Shown here piece after piece: positions 11,283-23,809 of a stretch of DNA of 64,000 bases. The DNA comes from Mobula hypostoma (Eukaryota): the NCBI RefSeq assembly GCF_963921235.1, contig NC_086100.1, positions 204,726,001-204,790,000 of the forward strand, given 5' to 3'. The position numbers and the translations under genes were made by a program. A model generated the notes under the pieces. It made no database searches. It was not told the origin of the DNA and saw only the letters and a list, made by a program, of their open reading frames with translations. Each line of letters starts with the position of its first letter. The first letter of the stretch is position 1.

Positions 11283-11348
11283 TTCACTTGGTCATCTCAA
11301 CTGATTCACTTGGTCATCTCAACTGATTCACTTGGTCATCTCAACTGA
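11283..11348 (+). repeat. Perfect 3 x 22-bp tandem repeat ttcacttggtcatctcaactga
   Basis: Three exact copies read directly. Confidence 0.95.
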
Positions 11349-13589
11349 AGGTACATCAAGTTCACACTGGGCAAGGCCATTCATCTGTTTTGTCTATGAG
11401 AAGGGATTCAGCCTGCCTTCCCACCTGTGGACACACCAGTCAGTTTACACTGGGCGGAGGCTGGTCATCTGCTGAATTTGTGGGGAAGGATTTACACGGT
11501 CATCTCACCTAATGACACACCAGCGAGTTCACACTGGGGAGCGACCGTTCACCTGCTCGAACTGTGGGAAGGCATTCACTTGCTCATCTAAACTAAAGGT
11601 ACATCAGCGAGTTCACACTGGAGAGAGGCCATTCACCTGCTCAGACTGTGGGAAGGGATTCACTCAGTCATCCCACCTGCTGCTACACAAGACAGTTCAC
11701 ACTGGGGAGAAGCCATTCACCTGCTCAGACAATGGGAAGGGATTCACCATATCATCTCACCGACTGATTCACCAGTCAGTTCACACTACAGTAAGGGATT
11801 TCACCTGCTCAGTCTGTGGGAAGAGATTCACTCAGTCATCCAACCTACAGAGACACCAGCAAGTTCACACTGGGGAAAAGCCGTTCAACTACTCAGACTG
11901 TGGGAAGGGATTCACTCAGGCATCTCATCTACGGAGACACCAGTCAGTTCACAGTGGGGAGAGGCCATTCACCTGCTCAGTCTGTGGGAAGGGATTCACA
12001 CAGTTAGCTAGCCTACAAGCACACCAGTCAGATCACACTGGGGAGAGGCCGTTCACTTGCTCAGACTGTGAGAAGGGATTCACCACATCATCTCACCTAC
12101 TGAGTCTCCAGTCAGTTCACACTGCAGTGAGGGATTTCACCTGCCCAGACTGTGGGAAGAGATTCTCTCAGACATCCAACCTACAGACACACCAGCGAGT
12201 TCACATGGGGAGAAGCCATTCACCTGCTCTGAATATGGGAAGGGATTCACTCAGTCATCCCAACTAATGGCACACCAGTCAGTTCACACTGCGGAGAGGC
12301 CACTCACCTGCTCAGACTGTGGGAAGGGATTCACTCGGGTATCTCACCTACTGAGACATCAGTCAGTTCACACTACAGACAGGGATTTCACCTGCTCAGG
12401 TTGGGGGAAGAGATTCCCTCACTCTTCCACCCTACAGAGACGCCAGTCAGTTCACACTGGGGAGTGGCCATTCATCTACTGTGAATGGGGAAAGGCATTC
12501 ACACGATCATCTCAGCTACTGAAACACCAGCAAGTTCACAGCGGTTAGAGGCCGATCATCTGCTCAGACTCTGGGAAGAGATTCTCTCAGCCATCTCCAC
12601 CAAGGGTGCATCATTGAGTTCCACTGGGGAGAGGCCGTTCACCTGTTGTGAGCGTGGGAAGAGATTCACTCAGTTATCTAACCTTGTGACACACTACCGG
12701 GTTCACACTGGGGAGAACGTTTCAATAAGCCGCATGCTGGATATTTGTCCATCCCCGTTGCTGAATGCAATTTCGAGAGTGACTGTCGGTGCTGAACTCT
12801 GCAATTATTTCTGCTGCTCACCACACCTAGTTCTGCTCCCTGGTCACTGGGCATCGGAGGAGTTTCTTCTGCACGTTCACCTTTAATGGGGCTGGAGTTT
12901 AATATGCTGGATCTGAGACAAATAAATCAGTTCTATTTTAAACTCTGTCTCCGGTACTTAGTGAATTTATTACACACCTAGTGTACAGTAGGAAGTCAGC
13001 TCAGGCCGGCTGGACCCTGCCAGTGACTCAGTTCCACGACAGTCTTTTTAAATCCTCCCCTGTTGTTCATCTCTCGCTCTCCCTGTGGGATGGGTTCCAA
13101 ACTGTCACCACTCTGTGAGTGAAAAGGTTTCCCTTGAATTCTCTGCAGACTGAAGAAGTAGAGCTGACTGCAGTTCTGACCGAGATGTTCTTCACCCTCT
13201 AATCTCTGGGCTGAGGAAGAATGACATTGGGAGTTATCCTCCTTATTCAGGGCTCATTTGCACATTATGGGTCATTTTCCCTGCTTCTAAAGGGTTGTTA
13301 GAAAACACCACTGTACTCAAAAGACTGAAAGCATAATAGGAAACCATTAGTTGGATGTTCAACAGAGCAGGGTCAGAAACCAGAGGCAGGTCTGCACAGC
13401 TCAGAGTTTGGGGTTGTGGACTATGGTCAGGGTTTGAATATATGATGAAGAGAAGGGAGTCAGCAGCGGGGCGTGTCAACGAATGATAGAGTATCAACAT
13501 TTCGAAGCTGATTGACAGAGAAAATAATTCGGTTGACTGACTGATGGCACAAACAATGCCTGTTGTGAGGTGCTCCATTGGTCAAGGAA

Positions 13590-14790
13590 CATGTGTGTGT
13601 TGGGAATGGTTTTATCTATTGAGGGAGTTGTTCCTGCTTGTTTATCCCGTAATATTATATCTGGATGGCGATTATGGATTGTCCTATTTGTAATAATCTA
13701 TTGATTATCTATAATTTCTAAGCTTTTGTCTCCAAAACTAGATCAGGCTTAAATTTATGGCGCCTTTATAAAGTTACGGTGGTCATTCATGTTTTAAAGC
13801 AAGATGTTGGTGATTGATATTTGCCACTTGATTGTACTTTTGTAAGTAATCAGACTGAGTTAAATTGCTGCAGGATCCCGGAATGTGTTGGATTGTGTCT
13901 GGTTTCTCTTGGCATTTTCTGCATTTATCATCTTGTTTGTTCGTCTTCTATGTATTTTTGATAATTTTTTTGTTAACGACCCTGTCCTGTATTTCCACAA
14001 GGAATCTCTCTTTTTGCAAAGACGTCTCCCAATTTGAGTCGGGCGTTCGATGCTTCCTTGACAAACATCTAGTCTGCTCAGATCTTTGGGATATTTCCCG
14101 TGGAGGGTCGTCCTCATTCCACTGGTTAACATTTTCTTCAAGTGATGATTCACTTTTCTGAGTTGGCCTTTCATTTAATTTTTCTGGTGTGTACCTCATA
14201 TCACAATTGCATATGCTCGCATGGAGTGCTAAATCCTGCTTGTGTTTGAAGAAAATATACTTTACTTTACTATACTATATATAGATACTATATAATATAC
14301 CATACTTCCGGTTAGGGTTTTCGTTTCTTTTTCATTGTTTATCAGGGTTTCATTTTCGTTTGTTCATAAATCCTGACTCGATATATTCATTGTTGCCGAT
14401 CACGTGACACCCTAGAAGAATGCTTTCTATGGTGCATCTCTAAAAATTATATATATCTGACTGTTGTGTCAGTTTTTATTGTCTGTAATTCCTCATCCTC
14501 CTCCTGTACGAGGTAGTGTTGATATAGGTGTGTTTCAGTGTAAATACTGTTTTCTAAATTTGTCATTTCAGTCGTTTTTATTCTTTGTACCTTTTCCAGA
14601 TCAGAATGGGACCAAGGTATTTTCCCAAAGAAGACATTATTATGGTTATAGTGAAAGTGTTTATTCCCATTGTTGTATTTGTTATACTATTGAGTTCTGC
14701 TTGGCAGATCTTCTTAAGTTTTCACTATTTGACAGTATTTTCTAATTTCTTGCTTGTTGATATTCCAGATACCTCGGTATCAATTGTCCT
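13590..14790 (-). mobile_element. R4/Dong-type (restriction-like endonuclease) non-LTR retrotransposon relic
   Basis: Hand translation: LPRTGGG.GI; CRKCQEKPDTIQHIPGSC..YNQVANI.HQHLA (CCHC plus RHN-like motif); TIHNRHPDIIL.DK (PD endonuclease core). Confidence 0.75.
14303..14409 (+). repeat. Terminal fragment of the same LTR family as 16289-17111, opposite orientation
   Basis: Reverse complement of about 16289-16398, ending atcacgtgaca. Confidence 0.85.
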
Positions 14791-14919
14791 GATGTGTGGT
14801 CTTGGCTTGAAACATTTATTCCCAACCAAGCCTGACTTGCTGAGCTCCACCAGCATGTATTCCTTTTATGTATTCCTCTAGATTTCTCACATCTGCAGTA
14901 TGTCTAGTGTCCCATATTC

Positions 14920-16288
14920 TTGTATGCTACACGGAATCCAGGCGTGAACTCCGGAAAACCATTAAAGGCGCCAAGAGACAATATCGAGCCAAGTTGGAAG
15001 CCCAGGCTAACCAGAGGGATGCCGGTAGACTATGGCAGGGTCTAAACGAGATCACTGGGCGCAAAGAAAAGGCTGGGAATATCAATAACTGCAGCGCTTC
15101 TCGTCCTGACAAACTTAACGTATTCTACGCAAGATTCGAACAGAAGAGGAGTGTCCCGCTCCCTCCGGATGAACCGGACCTGGTGGCATCGAGATTCATC
15201 GTCACCGACGAGGACGTTCGAAGGGGCTTCCTGAAGATAAATCCAAGGAAGGCGACGGGCCCAGATGGCGTACCGGGCAGGGTTCTCCGGGCCTCTGCAA
15301 GCGAGCTAGCTGGAGCGTTTGCTGACATTTTCAACTGCTCCTTGCTTAAGTCTAAGATCCCCTCGTGTTTTAAGAAGGCAACGATAATCCCGGTGCGGAA
15401 GAAGAGCAAGGTGACATGCCTGAATATCTATCGACCTGTGGCTCTGACATCAATTGGAATGAAGTGCTTCGAGCAATTGGCTATGGCACACATCAACCAC
15501 AGCCTACCGGTCAACCTCGACGCTTTGCATTTCGCCTACCGGAGCAACAGGTCAACAGCAGATGCTATCTCTCTGGCCCTACATTCCTGCTTAGAACACC
15601 TGGAGAATAAAGACGCATACGTAAGGCTCCTTTTCATTGACTACAGCTCTGTCTTTAATACCTTCATTCCAAATAAACTGATTCCTAAGCTCCGGAACCT
15701 GGGCCTTAGCATTCAAATCTGCAGCTGGATCTTCAACTTCCTCACAGACAAGACCCAAGCTGTCAAAATAGGGGACAAGCTCCCCTCTACAATCACTCTG
15801 AGCACCGGTGCCCCACAAGGCTGTGTACTCAGCCCCCTGCTGTACTCATTGTACACCCATGATTGTGTAGCCAAGTTTCCATCAAACTCAACATATAGTT
15901 TGCTGATGACACAACAATTGTAGGCGGTATCTTGGGTAATGATGAGTTTGAGTACCGAGAGGAAATTAAGAACCTGGTGGCATGGTGCGAAGACAATAAC
16001 CTATCCCTCAACGTCAACAAGACGAAGGAATTGGTTGTTGACTTCAGAAGGAGTAGCGGACCGCAAGACCCAATTTACATCGGTGGTGCGCAAGTGGAAC
16101 TGGTCAAAAGCTTTAAGTTCCTTGGAGTCAATATCTCAGATGACCGGACTTGGTCCAACCAAGCAGAGTCCACTGCCAAGAAGGCCCACCGGCGCCTTTA
16201 CTTCCTGAGAAAGCTAAAGAAATTTGGCCTGTCTCCTAAAACCCTCACTAATTTTTATAGATGCACCGCAGAAAGCATTCTTCTTGGG
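14920..16288 (+). mobile_element. Rex1/Babar LINE RT region, cut off at the LTR
   Basis: [43 protein letters not shown]; one frameshift before FADD. Confidence 0.9.
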
Positions 16289-17111
16289 TGTCACGTGATA
16301 GGCAACAATGACTATATCGACTCAGGATTTATAAACAAACAAAAATTTATGAAACCCTGATAAACAATGAAAAAGAAACGAAAACCCTAACCGGAAGTAA
16401 ACGGCTGTGCGGCCATTCAGTATACCGCTACTCAGTACTAGTTCTTAAAGCGATAAATTCAAAGACAGTTCTTCGAATGGTGAACATTAAAGTCCAATAG
16501 ATTTATATAGTCAATTAGGAGAGACTTTCATGAAGTAACGAATTCCTCGAAGCCACCACGTCACTGCCACTCCCAGGCGGATTCTGCCTCATCCACAGGA
16601 TTCACGACGACGGAAATAAAACGGTTTTAAAGACACTGACCTTTCTTCGTAGAATAGATCCTGCACAGCCTTTCTGCCACTTTTAACAGAGGCTATCTCA
16701 TGTAGATCACTTTCTTGAACGAATTCAATAATGGTCGATCCGTTCCAAACCCGTCTAACGTCTCCTTCAGGGTCCCGTCTTCACTTTCCAAAGTTACTGA
16801 AAAGATACATTAACAGACCTGGCAGCAATTGTCAAACCTCCGGCTCAGAGTTCTGTACCTTACATTAGAACATAAAGCTCCGTTTAAAATCAAAACTGCA
16901 TCATAGTGCAAATAAGCTGCGGAGCGGAATATCTCATTGACGTTCTAACTGGAAAACTAATTGCGTCACCAGAGGTCTTCTCTTTTATACCCGTGGTGAA
17001 CATGTCATCACGTGACCTCACATTGGCAGGAAAATTACATCAGGTGACCTCCAGAAGACCATTTCATCATTCTCACAAGAATGTCACAATATCTCCTTGA
17101 GGTATGCAACA
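16289..17111 (-). repeat. 3' LTR of the Gmr1-like element
   Basis: TG..CA termini (minus strand TGTTGCA...CACGTGACA), preceded by polypurine tract ggagggagg at 17112-17120. Confidence 0.85.
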
Positions 17112-17469
17112 CCTCCCTCCAAAAAAAATTGGTCTCTTAAGGAACAAAATTTTAACAATTAGCAATTTACACAAAAAATACTAAGGTACAAAATTTACAA
17201 CATAGACAATATACACAGTATTATCTTTCAGCACTTTACAAACTAATATACAGTAGGAGTGTTACAAATGTTAAAATACCACTCCATAGAAAAAATGTAA
17301 TTGTACTTTTAACACCTAGATAGACAATCAGCAATCACATTACCTTTACCTTTAATATGAGTGATCAAAATATTGTACTCCTGTAACATTAAACTTTGTG
17401 ACTAAATTGGAGTTTTATTTATTTCCTTAATCATTTTCCTTAACAGTCATAGTAGCATTTTATTTCTCA

Positions 17470-19477
17470 TAATACGGTTTTATCATATTTATATGACACA
17501 GCTGTGTTGGCTTTCTTCAATCTGGAGTTTTTATCAAGTAATCCACATCATTTACTTTGGATTTAATCCCATAAAGTCCATGGAATTTAGCTTGTAATGG
17601 GTTTGTTTGCACCGGGTAAAAAACCAACACTTTATCTCCAAGCTTAAATGACCTCATCCTAGCTTCCTTATCATACCAAGTCTTCATCTTTTCTTGAGCT
17701 GATTTTAAATTTTCTTTGGGTAAGCTACAAACATTATGTAATCTTTCTTTAAATTTTGAAACATAATCCAGCAAATTAGTGTGTACCTCTTTATTAATCC
17801 ACTGTTACTTCAACAAGGCCAAAGATCCTCGAACTCTATGCCGAAACAGCAGTTCAAAAGGACTAAAACCTAATGATTCCTGCACTGCCTCTCGTCTGCA
17901 AAATGTAGTAAATGTACGCCTTCATCCCAATCCTTTTTATTTTCCACGCAATACATCCTAATCATATTTTTAAGGTCAGAATGAAATCACTCCAGGACTC
18001 CTTGTGATTCTGGATGATATGCAGATGAGATAATCTGTTTTGCTCCCAGTTTATTAACTATCTGCTGAAAGAATCCAGACATAAAATGACTGCCTTGATC
18101 CGATTGTATTTCTCCAGGCAAACCAAAATAAGTAAAGAATTTTATCAGAGCCTTTGTCACAGTTTTGGCTGTTATATTCCTAAGAGGTATTGCCTCTGGA
18201 AATCTAGACGCTGTGCACATAATAGTTAACAAATATAAATGTCCAGTTTTAGTTTTTGGCAAAGGACTTGCACAGTCTACAGTGATTTTTGAGAACGGCT
18301 CACCAAATACTGCAATTGGTAGCACTGGGGTCACTGGAGTAACCTGATTAGGTTTACCCACAATTTGACACGTATGGCACGTTCTACAAAATGTAGCTAC
18401 ACCTTTTCTTAAACAAGGCCAGTAAAAATGTTTAGAAACCTTGTTCATAGTTTTCTTTATCCCGAAATGGCCACCCAAAGGAATATTATGAGCCATAGTT
18501 AAAATCTCATTTCGATAACCTTTAGGAACTACTACCTGGTGATTAACTTCCCATCCTTCACTTGCAGGAATTGTAGGTGATCTCCACTTCCTCATTAGTA
18601 CTGCCTTTTCAAAATAATATACTACTGGCACCTTCTCAATTTCACTATCTGGAAGAGCTTGTTCCTTTAATTTAACTATCTCCGGATCTCTACCCTGCTC
18701 TGCTATCATCTCCTTCCGAGATAAAGACAAATCTTCATAGTCAGACTTATCATATGCATCTTGATCAAATAATGAAGGTAAGAAAGTTTCTGACACATCC
18801 TCAAAATTTGCATCTCGAGTTGAACTGTCACGGGTAACAACCTCATCCTGTATCTCAGTCTTCTTAGCCATAGCTCGGGTTACAACACTAGAAGTATCCG
18901 TGTTAGAACCCCTTTGTGGTTCTTCAGAAAGAGGCTTTAATATCAAATGTACATCAGGAAAAACTTGTCCATTAGCTAAGTCATACCCTACCAACAGAGC
19001 AACATCATTCACAGGTAAACTGGGTTGTAGTCCTACTTTAACGGGCCCTGTAACTAACCCTGACCTTAAATTATCTCTATGTAAATGTACCGGCATAAGG
19101 GCACTCCTAACTCCTCTTATATAATTTACCTCACCAATATCAGACTCATCACTAAACTTTAGAACAATGTCTAATATTAGCGATTGAGCAGCTCTGGTAT
19201 CTCTAAGTATTTTTATTGGTACAGGAGTGGATCCCTCTTTCAAGGATACAAATCCTTCTGTTTTAAAATGTTCATATCCCCTCATAACTCTGTCAGACTC
19301 TAACAAAACCTCATTTGTATTTCCCGAACCTTGTGGTTTTACAGGTTTTTCAATATGCTGCAAACAAGCATCTGGGATGGCTTCCTTCTTTTTGTTCTTC
19401 AATCGAAAACAGTTAGCTATTACGTGACCAGGTTTTTTACAATAATTAAAAATAATACCAAAATGTCTTTCCTTCAC
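17470..19477 (-). pseudogene. Gmr1-like nucleocapsid, protease and integrase
   Basis: NYCKKPGHVIANC; ILRDTRAAQS; HNIPLGGHFG..CHTC; VDC..SDQG..YHPESQGVLE; C-terminal LQAKFHG.Y module. Confidence 0.9.
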
Positions 19478-19654
19478 ATGTCTCCCTTCGTCCTTACCTT
19501 TCTCACTAATTTCAAATTTTAATTTCTGGTTTACTTTGACTTTCTGTGCTATTTTTCCTTTTAAAGGTTCTACCTGGAGAAAATTTACTCTTATGAATTA
19601 CAGTATACTCATCAGCCAATTTAGCAATCTCCTGCAATGTAGCAGTGTCCCTCT

Positions 19655-20588
19655 TGTCACGAACACCGTGATGGGAATAAAGAACCAGCAGAGATGGAAA
19701 ACACTTTGGAGTCCAGTATTGCTATAAATTAATAATATTTATTAGTAACTACGCAATACAGTAATATAAATGTGGATAAATCAAACAGGTTAGTAATAAT
19801 TATATATATATAAGTAAGTAAGTGTGGAAATATATGTATGAAAAAACAAGCTTCTTTAAGTCTAGGGGTAAAAAGATACAGTCTTGCGATGATGAGTAAA
19901 GTTCAGTTCAGTTCAGTTCGTGGTATTTACTTGAGTAGTGATGGAGAGAAAGAGAGAGAGAGATTTGAGTCCTCAGGTGAGCTGACGCCGTTGATCTTCT
20001 CGTCGTCCTTCGAAATCCTTTCAAAGTCACCGACTGTGACTTTAACAAAAGGGACCGGTTTTCTATGGTGGAGCTATCCCCCAGGCGAGTGTGGAGACAT
20101 GGACAACTCCCCATTAGTCAACCCTTTTCCTTCTTTCCACTGCAAGAGCGATGGATCGATCCGCCTGATCAATCCTCCAAAACCCACTTTTCCTGCGGGC
20201 ACAACAATGCTCATTCAATGTCCAAACATGAGTCTGAGGTCTGTATCATCTGACCTGCTATTTTATCTTCCCGTACTGAGCATCAACTGTCATTCAAATA
20301 ATCCCACCTTCCTTTGTCTGTGTAAGAAATGCAAGCAGGCAGACTGTCCTTGAAAAGTGTGAACAACCTGCCTTCGGTCACCATAGCAACTTACGAGCTG
20401 CTAGGTGCTGTCTCCAACTCCAAACTCAGTAGAAATCCAAAGTTACTTCCAGTGCCTTAAAGTGACAGTCAAACCGTTAATCTTCGTCTCTCTCTCTCTC
20501 TCTTTTCACAAAAGCCGGTGTTAAATAACTCTCTCTCTCTCTCTTTTCAAAGGCACAGTTAATAGCGGTACTTCAGGATTCCCTCACA
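19655..20588. mobile_element. Solo LTR (934 bp) nested in the Gmr1-like gag
   Basis: Begins TGTCACG and ends CTCACA; flanked by ctct/cttt (4-bp TSD, 1 mismatch); removal restores YLNERDTATLQEIAKLADEY. Confidence 0.85.
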
Positions 20589-21454
20589 CTTTCATTTAAA
20601 TATGTCCTCACTTCAACAGGAATGCTTCTTTTAAGTTCCTCCTGCAAAATCAACCCGTTTAATTTATTATACTCCTCATTCACATTTTTAGCGGAAACCC
20701 ATCTCTCAAAATACACACATTTCTCGTCGGAAAATTCCACATACGTTTTACCCACTGGTTTCTTCAAATTTCTGAACCTTTCTCTCTACTCTTCTGGAAC
20801 TAATTCATACGCCTTTAATATATGTTGCTTCACAATATCATAATCAAGTGCTTGCTCAGCATTTAAAGCAGTATAAACTTGTTGTGCCTTTCCTCTAATT
20901 ACATTTTGTAACATCACTGCCGATTTCTCTTTCGGCCACTCTAAACTCAGAGCAACACTTTCGAAATGCTGGAAATATTTATGCACTTCTGTCTCATTAA
21001 ATGGGGGAGCCAAAATAACCTCACGACTTGCTACAAACTGTTTCCTAGAACCAAAAGATCCATTTTCCATCTTTAATTTCTCCATCTCTAACTCAAAGTT
21101 CCTCAGTTTTTCAGCTTCTCTTTCTTGAAATTCCCTTATTTTAATTGCCTCTCTTTCAGCCATTTCCGCTTTAAATTTCTCAAACTTTATCTGTTCAAGA
21201 TGCAACTGCATTTCCAGTATACTCAGTGGAAACCTTCCTCGAACCTCCTCATCAAACTCCCCCAAACTTACATAATGCTCAGCGATTTTTCTCTGTATTA
21301 TGGGCTTAGTTGTACCCTTCGTAATACCTTTAAGGTTTAACCTTTTAGCAATCTCCAACACCTCAGGCTTTCTCGCATTCACTAAAACCTCCGGGTTTGG
21401 CGTTTCCAGAAACTCGTCAACATCCATTGCTGCCAAATACCACTCACACCCCAA
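20589..21454 (-). pseudogene. Gmr1-like gag with capsid/SCAN-like domain
   Basis: PPFNE..YFQHFE.VA..LEWP..GKAQQVY..DY..VK..IL.AYELVPEE*RERFR..LILQEEL..IP.EVR.YL; one in-frame stop. Confidence 0.8.
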
Positions 21455-21548
21455 TCAAACAAAAGAATCAGGTATATTCCCTTTTCCAAATCAGGTTTCA
21501 TAATTAAACAAACACAAACTCAAAATCGGAACATATCCCGGAGGTATC

Positions 21549-23226
21549 TCTAACCAGAGGGATACCATTAGACTATGGCAGGGTCTAAATGAGATCACTG
21601 GGGGCAAAGAAAAGGCTGGGAATATCGATAACTGTGGTGCTTCTCTTCCTGACGAATTTAACGTATTTTACGCAAGATTCGAACAGAGTGTCCTGCTCCC
21701 TCCGGATGAACCGGACCTGGTGGCATCGAGATTCATCGTCACCGAGGAGGACGTTAGAAGGGCCTTCCTGAAGATAAATCCAGGGAAGGCGACGGGCCCA
21801 GATGGCGTCCCAGGACGGGTTCTCCGGGCCTGTGCAAGCGAGCAAGCTGGAGTGTTTGCTGACAACTTCAGCTGCTTCTTGCTTCAGTCTAAGATTCCCT
21901 CATGTTTTAAGAAGGCAACGATAATCCCAGTGCCAAAGAAGAGCAAGGTGGCATGCCTGAATGACTATCGACCTGTGGCTCTCACATCAATTGCTATGAA
22001 GTGCTTCGAGCAATTGGCTATGGCACACATCAACCACAGCCTACCGGTCAACCTTGACGCTTTGCAATTCACCTACCGGAGCAACAGGTCAACAGCAGAT
22101 ACATCTCTCTAGCCCTACGTTCCTCCTTAGAACACCTGGAGAATAAAGACGCAAAGGTAATGCTCCTGTTCATTGACTACAGCTCTGCCTTTAATACCAT
22201 CATTCCAAATAAACTGATTCCTAAGGTCCGGAACCTGGGCCTTAGCACTCAGATCTGTAGCTGGATCTTCAACTTCCTCACAGACAGGACCCAGGCTGTA
22301 AAAATAGGGGACAAGCTCTCCTCTACAATCACTCTGAGCACCGGTGCCCCACAAGGCTGTGTACTCAGCCCCCTGCTGTACTCACTGTACACGCATGATT
22401 GTGTAGCCAAGTTTCCTTCAAATTCAATATATAATTTTGCTGATGACACAACAATTGTAGGCCGTATCTCGGGTAATGATGAGTTTGAGTACAGAGAGGA
22501 AATTAAGAACCTGGTGGCATGGTGCGAAGACAATAACCTATCCCTCAACGTCAACAAGACGAAGGAATTGGTTGTTGACTTCAGAAGGAGTAGCGGACAG
22601 CACGACCCAATTTACGTCGGTGGTGCGCAAGTGGAACAGGTCAAAAGCTTTAAGTTCCTCGGGGTCAATATCACAAATGACCTGACTTGGTCCAACCAAG
22701 TAGAGTTCACTGCCAAGAAGGCCCACTAGCGCCTTTACTTCCTGAGAAAACTAAAGAAATTTGTCCTGTTCCCTAAAACCCTCACTTATTTTTATTGATG
22801 CACCGTAGAAAGCATTCTTCTAGGGTGCACCGCAACCTGGTATGGAAGTTGTCCTGTCCAAGACTGGAAGAAGCTTTTCGTCCAACACACTTTTCGTCCC
22901 TCTTCCCTCGAGTACAAGGCTCAGGAGCTTGAAGTCTCGTACGCCCAGATTTGGGAACAGCTTCTTTCTAATTGTGTTAAGACTGCTGAACGGATCCTGA
23001 CCCGGATCTGGGCCGTACCCTCCAAATATCCGGACCTGCCTCTCGGTTTTTTTTTCGCACTACCTTACTTTCCCTTTTCTATTTTCTATTCATGATTTAT
23101 AATTTAAATTTTTAATATTTACTATCGATTTGTAATCCAGGGAGCGTGAAGCGCAGAATCAAATATCGCTGTGAGGATTGTACGTTCTAGTATCAATTGT
23201 TTGGCAACAATAAAGTGAAGTAAAGT
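21549..23226 (+). mobile_element. Rex1/Babar LINE, second copy, running to its 3' tail
   Basis: Closely parallels 15007-16288, includes FADDTT, and continues to a (taaag)n-like tail. Confidence 0.9.
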
Positions 23227-23809
23227 TTCTCAAATCTTTGATAGATTCTTCATTGGTCAGCGCATGAAAGGATACAGGGAGAATGGAGGAGATTGGGGCT
23301 GAGAGGAAAATTAGATTAGACATGATGAAATGGCGGAGCAGACTTGATGGGCCAAATAACCTAATTCTGCTCCTACATCTTAATGTTCTTATGTTTCATA
23401 TTCACCTCTCTTCTTCCTCTGCTGTCCCCCTACATTTCTTACTCTGACATCACCTTTTCCCTCCAAAAAATAAAAGCCAATAATTCAAGAGTATTGGGAA
23501 AAGTGAGTATGGAGTATACTAAGGAAATAATGTGCTTTGGAAGCTGAAAGGCCTGAAGGTAGATAAGACTCCTGGACCAGTTATGAGAGCACCCCGGTGT
23601 TCGGAAAGGGGTGGTTGAAGAGTTTCTGAAGGCATTAGAGTCATAGAACACTCTGCAGCCTTATCCCTCCATACCCTTGCATCAATGTACCCATCCAAAC
23701 TTCTCTTCAATGTGAAATCGACCCTGCCACTTGCTCTGGCATCTCATTCCATATTCTCACTGACTCTGAGTGAAGAACTCCCGCCCCCTCCCCTCCTTGT
23801 TTCTCTTAA

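Larger units (their letters stand above)
10750..12926 (+). pseudogene. C2H2 zinc-finger gene terminal exon; tandem 28-aa finger array, degenerating
   Basis: Acceptor ttttttacag/G at 10749; [16 protein letters not shown] repeats in ORFs 11512..12267 and 12267..12548; several fingers lack a Cys or His; frameshift near 12205; AATAAA at 12921-12926. The 11512..12267 ORF could still encode a shorter protein. Confidence 0.85.
16289..21542 (-). mobile_element. Gmr1-like Ty3/gypsy LTR retrotransposon; RT deleted, 5' LTR missing
   Basis: SCAN-like gag, zinc knuckle, protease LRDT.A, integrase, then the RNase H C-terminus (LQEYNILITHIKGKGNVIADCLSR*, about 17310-17390), PPT and 3' LTR. Confidence 0.88.

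Noticed and set aside
11283..11348. CRISPR-like direct repeats
   Set aside because: No spacers, eukaryotic context, and the unit is zinc-finger coding DNA.
19838..20353. 171-aa ORF as an accessory gene
   Set aside because: Lies within a solo LTR, crosses microsatellites and has no recognisable motif.
11512..21454. Existing SCAN-ZNF fusion gene
   Set aside because: The gag/SCAN region is on the opposite strand, downstream of the finger exon, and disrupted.
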